A stretch of DNA of 64,000 bases from Tubiluchus corallicola (taxonomy: Eukaryota > Animalia > Priapulida). The notes below the pieces were generated by a model that had not been told where the DNA came from, did not search any database, and was given only the letters and a program-made list of their open reading frames with translations. The stretch lies in contig JAQGDQ010000109.1 of assembly GCA_030141605.1 (NCBI GenBank), positions 496,001-560,000 on the forward strand, in the 5' to 3' direction. A program made the translations under genes and the position numbers. Positions 27,101 through 35,061 of the stretch are shown here, piece by piece; within the stretch, counting starts at the first letter, position 1, and each line of letters opens with the position of its first letter.

Positions 27101-30100
27101 TATTGCAATGACTTACCTGTCAGACATAATCTTATATGAGACTGTCTAGCAAAACAGAAGGTTTTAAACCTTTGAAAATCAAAACTGCAGCTGGTAAGCA
27201 AATGCAAGTACTTTTTTCAATGTCGCCCTGTTCTGCAAAGCAGTTAGGTATTTATTTTTACAACTCCAAATATAGTTACAATATACTTGAACTTTGCTCA
27301 ACCTTTAAGTTAAGTACGTGCTATGGTAAGATCAGTGCTAAACTGTCTAAGCAGTGCCCATTCAAATGTGGTATAGAAAATGTGCTCACTGTATCAACAT
27401 AAGTGTAAAAAATATATTTTAAGTTAATCAGATTATTCAATACTATTATATTATATGACAGGGAACAAATTTTTTTTAGCTGGATGTTACTCTGTGTTAC
27501 ATCATTGCATTGCTCTATGAAAGTGATCAGCTTAGATAATTAATAGATAGTATTAGTTAGTGTACACCAGGTACTAGAGGATTTTTAGAAGAGGAATTTT
27601 AATCGCTGCTTTTTAGTGTTTGTCGGGGGTTTTGAAAATAAGTTTACAATAAGTTTCTCAGCAAGACTGAAAAATAACGTATGCATCTGCGTGTATAATT
27701 TGTGCACAAATTTTAATTATAGTTAATTAAATTTAATTTTAGTTAAAACTCGTTTATCCATGCTATCTGTACCAGAAGATCAAACACACAACGTCTTTCG
27801 GTTGTAATGGCGTTACATAATGTAGGCCGTTGTGTAGTCGTTGTTTGTTATTTGTCAGCGGAAGTTGCAGCGTAAATTTAGCATGGTGCTTCACCGGACA
27901 AAATACTATATGGGATGTGAACAAGTTATGGAAGAAACCGAACAGAATAGATAAAAACTGACAAAACCAACGTAAAGAGCATTTAATTTTGAGTAAAGAG
28001 CACTTTTTGTGATATCTAGTACTGCTTTTATTCGTATGCTGAGGGTTAGAAATGGACAGCTAGAGGCACAGTTCATGTTGGTTTTTCACTTCCTTTTTTT
28101 CACTGCGTTAATTTTTTCAGTTTCCGACAAAAAAACGTTAAAAAGAGATATTACGACGATTAAAATGTTAAAGTGTTTGTGTACATCTGTTTGTGATTAC
28201 TTTTATCATTTCTAGCGCGGCTATCATTTCCAGACAACCCTGTACAAATTCCCTTCTTTGGCACTACAAAATCTCTGATGATGTGACTTTTGCAGTAGTA
28301 GTTGCTGCACTTGTCCTGCTTGTTTTTGCTTCTACACCTGCCATCATCATTTAGTTTTCGTTCTTAATTTTTTTATAGTTTTTAGTTTTTTTTTGCTTTC
28401 AGTTCTCACACCTTTTCTGTAAATTGGCTGCTTATTACATCAGCACTAACTCACCTTGAGTATTTTAAAAAACAGTTAAGTTTGGTGCTTCTACCTTATA
28501 TTTAGTGTTTACATACGATGTAGAAAGTGCTAATGTTAGGCATAATGTAGAATCTTTTGACCTTTTTATTTCCAGTTTGAAAAGAGCCTTTGGCATTGAA
28601 GTGTCTTATGTCTAGAGCAAATTGCAAAAAGTACATATAGGTTAAACGTAATTGCAGTTAGCAAATAACACTTAATAGCTGAGATTTGTCACACTTTCAG
28701 CATGATGCATTAGTAAAAGACACTTGAGTGTGTAGCAAAGGTCACCAAAGACTTAATGAATCCTTCTCTTAATTTATATAGTTTTGAGTCTGTTACTTGT
28801 CACCGAAACCGTCTGGGAATATGAGAACATTTCACCTCATTTTTGACAGAAAAATTGAACACTGACAAAATTGTAACTTCAAGTAATATTCTTCAAGTTG
28901 TTTCAGATTTCATTCCAGGGGTACAAATTCTGACATTTTCTTACTTGTTCAGTGTTGTGAGGCTGAGAGGACTTGAAACTGGCACCAATGGTCCTCCAGA
29001 ACTAAGGGCATTCATTTCAGTTGTCATGACACCCTGAGCAGGTTTATAAGGAAGTTCACAATTGTGGCATTTTTGGTGCAAGAGTAATGATTAAAATGTG
29101 ACTAGATTTGGAATATTGTCTATATACGTACATATATTTTAAATGTCACATTTTTGATCTTAACATTTACTCTTTGTGTGATATATAGTGTGTGATAGTG
29201 TATCACATATATATAAACATAGTGATACACTGGAGTGAGTATGCTATTTTGGCACTCCTCCAAAGGAACTTTTCACTTGTTCGTTCAACGTTTGCTGATT
29301 TGGTGAGAATTATCTCATGTATGAAGACTCAGGCGTACTCATTCTGATAAATCCTTTTGTTTACATATGTATACAGTTTTAATTTCCGACTTTGAGGTAG
29401 TAAGAAATTTTCTTATTTGGATTTTCATTGATTCTAATTTAGTATAATCTTACTATAATTTAAAAGAAGCCCAATCAATTGAGTTTCGAAAAGTCAAAAT
29501 TAACAAACTTCAAAAGACAATAGGGTTGTCTTACATAAAAAATTTCTCTTGGCATTTTATAGTTCCAGAACAGATTCATGTGCAAGCAAAATTAGAACAC
29601 AATTTAATTTAGTTTTGACAATACATGAGCAAACCTGAGTCTATTAAATTAAAACTATACACTTATACAATTGTGTAATTAACGTTGTATAATTAAACAC
29701 AATAATACAATTAAGTTATATGGTTAAAACTAAAAATGTTCCACATAGTGATTATCTGAATGATCTGAAAATGGACAGGTCTGTAGTTTTATGGTGTGAG
29801 ATCTTCCTGAATGCTGTACTTTATTTTCATAAAGCTTAACACATGACAGCTTCTTCAGAGATTGTTTGAACTCTGGTATTTTTGCTGCATACACAAAAAT
29901 GTTCATAAAGCTATTTGATGCTCCAAGGGTGACAAAATAAAACTGCACTTGATCATCAGTTAGTGAAAGTGAACAGTCAAAGTTTTTGCAAATGTTGAAC
30001 ATGACTATAGCAATCATATATGGTGTCCAGCACAGAAAGAATAAACCTAGTGTTGTCGCAGGAGTTTTAGCCAATTTTATTTTCTGTTTCATTTGTCTTG

Positions 30101-33100
30101 ATGGTACGTCAAGCATGTTATTCGTGTCAGATACTTGCTTAGTTAAATTAAGTGCTACTTTGATTATAGCACTGTAGCAGTAGATTACAACAGAAAAAAT
30201 TATGACACCGACTGCCATTGATAGGTAGCTCCACAAATTACCCCATTTGCCTGTTCTTGAGAAACACTGAGTACCCATATTTCCTTCTTGAATGTAAAGC
30301 CATGTTGATGCGACATTGAGAACGATGCAGTACATCCAAAACAAGTACATCAATCTCTTAGCACGTCTTTCAGTCATAATAGTACTGTAATGCATGTGAT
30401 ACACGACAGCTATGTATCTTTCAACAGAAATTGCTGTGTATATACCTGTGGTTGCTGTTATTGACATGTACATAAGGCTAACGACAATTCCACACCATAT
30501 GATATTGCAATTAAAACCGCCAACATATCCCACTCCACTGCATAACAGACTTAAGCCTGCTATAAAATCAGCAATAGCCATGTTGCTGATGAAATAGTAT
30601 GGTATAGTATCCATACTTCTGCTTTGCTTTATCACTATCAGTACTAGAACATTTGCAACTAGTGTTCCTAGCCCCAAAAATATATAGACAATGAGTATGA
30701 CTGCTTGTGTAAAGAATTTGATTTCACAATCTGAAACTGTAGTGTTCACTGTGCTGCTCTGCCACTTCATGTCTAATAGAATGCGTCTCAACTTGCTTTT
30801 ACCAAATAGCAGTGCAGTGCAATGACTCTTTATACTTTGCGACATTAGTGAGCAAATGATTTAATTTATAGCATTTTACGAAATTGAACCCGAGTTCACA
30901 TTCACTTTACGTGACAGTGAGTTGTCTTCATAAACAACTTTTCGAAATGCTACACGTAAACAAGGAGTTGTTGAAAGGTACTACTTGTAATGGCATTTTG
31001 CAGTAAGCTCTTTTGCGAATTGGATGGTTTTTATAGCTGAACTTTTTCATGGGATCATTTCATGAAGGTAATTTGCCATTGTGTAATGTCAAAATTAGCA
31101 GTCTTGCGTCCATTTTACTATGGTTAGCTTTGCACTTTCATAACAAACAGAAAGTGCTGCATACTCACTAGAAAGTAAAAAAAAAAATCAATACAAGATA
31201 TTTCTCTTGCTTAGATATATTGTTAACAATTATACTTACTTACCTGGTTAGAGAAATTAGCTTTGCAGGTCTGATTTGCTTTGGTTGGAGCTTCTGCTTG
31301 GACAACTGCTTCAAAAGTCATTATTATCGCCATTCATTCCGGCTACTGTAGACTTTAGACTTAATTTCGTAGAAAACCAAGTGTTTGCAACTGTTATAGG
31401 GGTTTGTTTGGATTTTTTCAAAATCAGCAGAATAGATTACTTATATTATACATTTTTTGAATGATCAGGCTAAAAAAAATAGGCGATGTTGGCTAAAAAG
31501 ATGCAAAAATAGATTCGAATTTCAAGAAAGTCAGCTGTAAGATTTGCTTAATCACTCAATTATACTAAAATTCAGACTGGTCACATAAAGTTTATACCAA
31601 AACCCTTTAATTCATAAACATTTCTGAATCCTAACGCATTTGACCTGACTGTGCCACAGTCAGATTCTACTAGTGATAGGCAGACTGAAGTAAGTTATCA
31701 TATTGCGTTACACCTGTAAAACAGCTAATTTCTGCTTGGTGTGATAAAAAGGCTTAGCTTTTGACAGGTACCTGCTAAATTTTTGAGGAGTTGCATAAAA
31801 AATAGATTATGATGTCATGGTCATGTTATTGTTACTAAAAATTGGTGAATGAACAAGGTATTATTGCCCCCACTTTTAGCCGAGGTAATTATACAAAGTA
31901 CTTCATCTCAAAGCTTGTTCTATTTTATTGGCTAATAATTCTGTTTTTTTGGCTATCAGTTTGCAGTTATCTACATCATATGAAGAATATCTGTACATTC
32001 TGGCAGACTGACAATTGTAACTGAGGGATCTTACTGGTCACTTATATTTGTTAATTAAATGGTCAGCTCACTGAGACATTCTTGACTCCTCCTCGCCCTT
32101 CCTGACAATTTTGTTACATGTGACTGTTCTAAAGGCTCAACTATTGTTCTACCCAAGCTTTTGCACATCAATTTCCTCACCAATCTTTTAAATTCCGTTA
32201 TTTTTGCTGCATACACGAAAACATTCATGAAGCTGTTTGATGCTCCCAGTGTGACAAAATAGAATTGCACGTGGTCATCAGTTAGTGAAAGTGAACAATC
32301 AAGATTGAAATATTTACAAAAGTTAAACATAAATATAGCAATCAGATATGGTGTCCAGCACAGAAAGAATAAACCCAGTGTTGTCGCAAGAGTTTTAGCT
32401 AATTTTATTTTCTGTTTCATTTGTCTTGATGCTACGTCAAGCATGTTATTCGTGTCAGATGCTTGCTTGGCTAAATTAAGTGCTACTTTGATTATAGCAC
32501 TGTAGCAGTAGATTACAACAGAAAAAATTATGACACCAACTGCCATTGACAGGTTGCTCCACAAATTGCCCCATTTGCCTGTTCTTGAGAAACACTGAGT
32601 ACCCATATTTCCTTCTTGAATGTAAAGCCATGTTGATGCGACATTGAGAACAATGCAGTACATCCATAACAAGTACATCAATCTCTTAGCACGTCTTTCA
32701 GTCATAATAGTACTGTAATGCATGTGATACACGACAGCTATGTATCTTTCAACAGAAATTGCTGTGTATATTCCTGTAGTTGCTGTTATTGACATGTACA
32801 TAAGGCTGACGACAATTCCACACCAAATGATGTTGCAATTGAAAACGCCAACATATCCCACTCCACTGCATAAGAGACTTATGCCTGCTATAAAATCAGC
32901 AATAGCCATGTTGCTGATGAAATAGTATGGTATAGTATCCATACTTCTGCTTTGGTTTATCACTATCAGTACTAGAGCATTTGCAACTAGTGCTCCAAGT
33001 CCCAGAAGCATATAAAAACCGAGAATATATGCATATACATAGTTTTCTACATCACATTGTGCTGTCAGTTGCCTGATGCTGGTATTTGTCCAGTTTGCTT

Positions 33101-35061
33101 CTGCTGCATCATTTTGCATGATGTAACCATACGGATTTATCATTGTAATGAATCACGACAGATGACACATCTAATATTCACATTACATCTGAGTTGTGAA
33201 TGTTAAGAAGTAATGCCTGAAGTGTTTCTGTCAACTGGGAAGTCAGTTTCTTATTACACTTGATAAGCACTTCAGTTGCTTCAGCTTTGCATGTTTGTGC
33301 TATTATACTGTTTCATTTTCTAAAGCCGTGTACACAGTAAACTTTCTCATGATCATGTCAAAGAATTGCACCATGAAAATTGAAACATTGGAAGAAAAAG
33401 CCTTTGAAAAAAATCACTAAACACAAATTATTCCACATTTAGCTTAGTACAAAAACAGAATCAGTCTCTCTCTCTCTTTCATGTCTTCTGACTACTCTAG
33501 CAATATTTGTTTTGTCAGAAAGAGACCTGTGATCTTTTTAGCAAAAAATTTTAACGAAAGTCTGCTCATACTGCCGTCAACAACACCTACTTAATAATAT
33601 GAATAACAGTTACTGCTGGCAAATAAAATTGTAATTAGCCTAATTTATAGATTTTACTGAAGCTAGTAGAATTGAGCTAATTTACTAATTCAGCCAATAT
33701 ACCACGAAATATCTATGTGACAGATGATGGCGAGATGTCGTTTATTGCAAAAACGATAACTACTTATTTTATTGCTTTTCACAGTATGTGGCCTGTTCTT
33801 CCAATTAATGTTTTTGCATGTGCAATCAGTGATCTCGTTTGCCATACTCAAATTGTATTTTGGTAATTTATTACCATTTTGTTTTCTGCTCACTTATTAT
33901 GCAGTGCATTTTTTTTTGTAGTTTAAACTGGAAGTGTTTCAATGATTCTATACATTCTAAGAGCGGTTTAAAATTTAGGCAACACCAAGGCAGTATACGT
34001 CGAATTCTTACAGTGACAATTAGATGCTAACACACGAGATTTTATAATATTCTTTTCACATTTGATCACAAGCTACATATTCGATGTTTTCAAACAAAAA
34101 CTCTATTGATGCAGACAATAACTCTTGGAACTATTGCACCAACTACATGTATTTTTAGTCATGCGCAAATACTTTTCAAAACTAACTAGTTGCATTTACA
34201 AATTATGTTTGCAAAACAGTATGCAGTTTCTGATATAATTACTTCGAGGTTGCTGCATCCCAGGATAAGATAATTGCTGCTGTCAGCAAGTGGGTGCAAC
34301 CATGCAGTCCAGTTTCATTTTCACATTATGTTGTTGCGGCTTGATTAATGTTAAGTCCGAATATTTTTGGATAATGATAAAATTTGCATCGTGGCTCTTC
34401 TTAGACTTTTTCTTGCATACATGCAAATATTATTGAAGCTATGGTTTGACCCAAGTGTTGTAAAGTAGAATTTTGAGCATGATTCTAATGATGCTGCTAT
34501 TAAATGCGCAAAAGGTTAATACAATGCCGTGCATGGCCCTTACTACATTACAACTGAATTAGGGATTCCACTTTGTCACCCAAGAGGCACCTGTATTTTA
34601 CAGCTTCAAGTTGAAGCCTTCAACTGACATATTTTTAAAAGTAGTACAATATACTTTCCTTTCTTGTACTTTGCTTTATGATTTCAGTACTGTGGCATTT
34701 GTTACTTGGGTACCAAGTTTCATAAATGGAAAAATAATGCATTATTATCATGATTTATATCACATTCTCTTCTCTTTCTTGTAGAATTTTGTTGCCACTC
34801 AGTTTCCCTTCTAGTGTTTTGTTTTGTAGTTTGTGGCAATGCTATGTGAAAGGGTTAAAGAAATAGCAATTGAGTAATTGACATGATTTTTAAATTGAAA
34901 GCACCATAGCTTTTCTTTTTTCCAGGGTTTTGGTACATGCAGTTGGACTCGGCTCATGGTTACTGTTGCTGTGCAAAGCTGTATTTACTCTTCTCATATC
35001 ATCTGTAGCAATGCAACTGTATTTAGGATTAACACAAACTGTCAATTCTCACAAATTGTAG
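9115..35061 (+). CDS. TMEM147: Transmembrane protein 147 (BOS complex subunit), 6 exons: 9115-9191, 9871-10006, 10454-10590, 11069-11153, 13425-13546, 34926-35061; 230 aa
   Basis: [39 protein letters not shown]...[11 protein letters not shown]...[30 protein letters not shown]...[22 protein letters not shown] matches TMEM147 end to end. Exons total 693 nt and phases are consistent. Confidence 0.95.
11490..11965 (+). mobile_element. L2/CR1-clade LINE, decayed 3' ORF2 fragment
   Basis: [12 protein letters not shown]...[20 protein letters not shown]..., then frameshifted LDCCNSL, and terminal [10 protein letters not shown]: hallmark L2 ORF2 C-terminus. Confidence 0.85.
12400..12600 (+). mobile_element. 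Decayed SINE-like repeat copy
   Basis: tagagggag...tacacatcc is shared with about 23806, and gtatgccctgNcNctgagt with about 24836. Confidence 0.45.
14200..15213 (-). CDS. Intronless class A (rhodopsin-like) orphan GPCR #1, 337 aa
   Basis: Seven hydrophobic segments; MAIAD (D2.50), ERY, KLAKTL, CWLPY, NVFVY; N-glycosylation sequons in the N-terminus. Confidence 0.93.
   Translation of the reverse strand: MESLNENFTKNLINMTIIEDVGTAYDSFLVFYLVLGCSISLSNLTVLLVLRTSRSLKSVPYYFIGHMAIADLMAGIALSVLGVGYLLKMNNIVVWCAINISLLYISLSASVFTYQAITIERYISVVYALHYHQLVTEQRARLSMLAVWTFCVVLYGISVWFYMVERNTGMHCFSMRDRFGVLWGQWVLTFGTVTLLIVVLCYAVIVKEAIRQTRNQQFVDKEGRTNAYQLKKRLKLAKTLALTVGLFFICWLPYYFATFVYQYCPNNCGISEELLQFYFNTMGSTNSIMNVFVYCTRIPEFKRALRRIIFQSFICCKVNKVSNATDISVSGMTESVA
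15741..16790 (-). CDS. Intronless class A orphan GPCR #2, 349 aa
   Basis: [42 protein letters not shown]. Confidence 0.93.
   Translation of the reverse strand: MEFMMNNSSNFFQNAKLKTCGKNTIAVSYSTILILYFFMGICILLANSVVLIIIQKNQSLHKIPYFYIGNMAVADNIAGVSLVFLGFGHLSNLSCYVQWCAVSINLLYMSELVSVLTYAVISVDRYISVLYPLHYNQIVTRSKAVISMTAIWVLSITLFIISCLLYMQARLIGTRCVAFHGTYGKYWTYITIIFGTSITTVIVYCYCAIVKEAMRHSRTQLTAVEVKSRDSRKMKQRLKLAKTLATTVGLFFLCWLPYLVAMMIFSYCGYNCAVVMTDEQLQFYICTIGCSNSLMNVFVYLSKLSEFKRSFKTGLFKGIKFLCHNKVDMLESASIAHSNRDLQISVSTI
18169..19209 (-). CDS. Intronless class A orphan GPCR #3, 346 aa; closest to #2
   Basis: [42 protein letters not shown]. Confidence 0.93.
   Translation of the reverse strand: MDLFTANWSNLSSLGDSVTNCYDLEINELYSAILVLYLFMGTGILLANSIVIVVIHRSLSLHKVPYLYVGNTAVADTIAGISLVFLGFGHLSNLSCYVGWCAVSLNLLYTSELVSVLTYAVISVDRYISILYPLHYNQMVTITTAAISMFVVWSSSFTLFFIAVYLYMQENFTGTRCITFRGTFGQFWIYFTVITGTSIGALIVYCNANIAKEAIRQSKMHTGAHEPHKPGENRKMKQRIKLAKTLVTTVGLFTVCWLPYLTVITIKSFFPKNWNSFITDEQLQFYVCTIGCSNSLMNVFVYVSKLREFRQALIKVIIQCMPSTERNQVVSNDFVSDRRSAWNTAD
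19873..27127 (-). CDS. Cys/Met metabolism PLP-dependent lyase (methionine gamma-lyase / cystathionine gamma-lyase family), 10 exons: 27127-27117, 26817-26616, 26381-26223, 26032-25898, 25083-24914, 24291-24180, 23538-23425, 23132-22995, 21780-21635, 19936-19873; 416 aa
   Basis: Family motifs [45 protein letters not shown] (PLP lysine), [43 protein letters not shown]. 1251 nt, all phases consistent. The 11-nt first exon is the least certain part. Confidence 0.92.
21032..21290 (-). mobile_element. CR1/L2-group LINE 3' fragment in a lyase intron
   Basis: FMYKF...LPPLFTDYF...[14 protein letters not shown]...NSLSIFKK matches the C-terminus of CR1/L2-group ORF2. Confidence 0.75.
23706..23950 (+). 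mobile_element. tRNA-derived SINE-like repeat
   Basis: A-box-like tggctgagtgg at the 5' end; body shared with the copies near 1450 and 12400. Confidence 0.5.
25732..25834. repeat. Compound (AT)n/(GT)n/(GC)n microsatellite
   Basis: Alternating purine-pyrimidine run, directly visible. Confidence 0.85.
28000..28244. mobile_element. Tc1/mariner-type terminal fragment
   Basis: Ends in atttccagacaaccctgTA (reverse complement TA-CAGGGTTGTCTGGAAAT). Left boundary is a guess. Confidence 0.35.
29730..30845 (-). CDS. Intronless class A orphan GPCR #4 (the ATG at 30770, MKWQ, is the likelier start)
   Basis: [31 protein letters not shown]; core nearly identical to #5. Confidence 0.9.
   Translation of the reverse strand: MSQSIKSHCTALLFGKSKLRRILLDMKWQSSTVNTTVSDCEIKFFTQAVILIVYIFLGLGTLVANVLVLIVIKQSRSMDTIPYYFISNMAIADFIAGLSLLCSGVGYVGGFNCNIIWCGIVVSLMYMSITATTGIYTAISVERYIAVVYHMHYSTIMTERRAKRLMYLFWMYCIVLNVASTWLYIQEGNMGTQCFSRTGKWGNLWSYLSMAVGVIIFSVVIYCYSAIIKVALNLTKQVSDTNNMLDVPSRQMKQKIKLAKTPATTLGLFFLCWTPYMIAIVMFNICKNFDCSLSLTDDQVQFYFVTLGASNSFMNIFVYAAKIPEFKQSLKKLSCVKLYENKVQHSGRSHTIKLQTCPFSDHSDNHYVEHF
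32055..33143 (-). CDS. Intronless class A orphan GPCR #5, up to 362 aa
   Basis: [31 protein letters not shown]. Confidence 0.93.
   Translation of the reverse strand: MINPYGYIMQNDAAEANWTNTSIRQLTAQCDVENYVYAYILGFYMLLGLGALVANALVLIVINQSRSMDTIPYYFISNMAIADFIAGISLLCSGVGYVGVFNCNIIWCGIVVSLMYMSITATTGIYTAISVERYIAVVYHMHYSTIMTERRAKRLMYLLWMYCIVLNVASTWLYIQEGNMGTQCFSRTGKWGNLWSNLSMAVGVIIFSVVIYCYSAIIKVALNLAKQASDTNNMLDVASRQMKQKIKLAKTLATTLGLFFLCWTPYLIAIFMFNFCKYFNLDCSLSLTDDHVQFYFVTLGASNSFMNVFVYAAKITEFKRLVRKLMCKSLGRTIVEPLEQSHVTKLSGRARRSQECLSELTI

Noticed and set aside
19873-27127. Bacterial contamination or recent horizontal transfer of the lyase
   Set aside because: Nine canonical introns, some containing host-type repeats, and nesting within an animal gene.
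29986-32925. Paired plus-strand ORFs (29986, 30412, 32305, 32740)
   Set aside because: Antisense shadows of GPCR #4 and #5; their similarity only reflects the receptor duplication.
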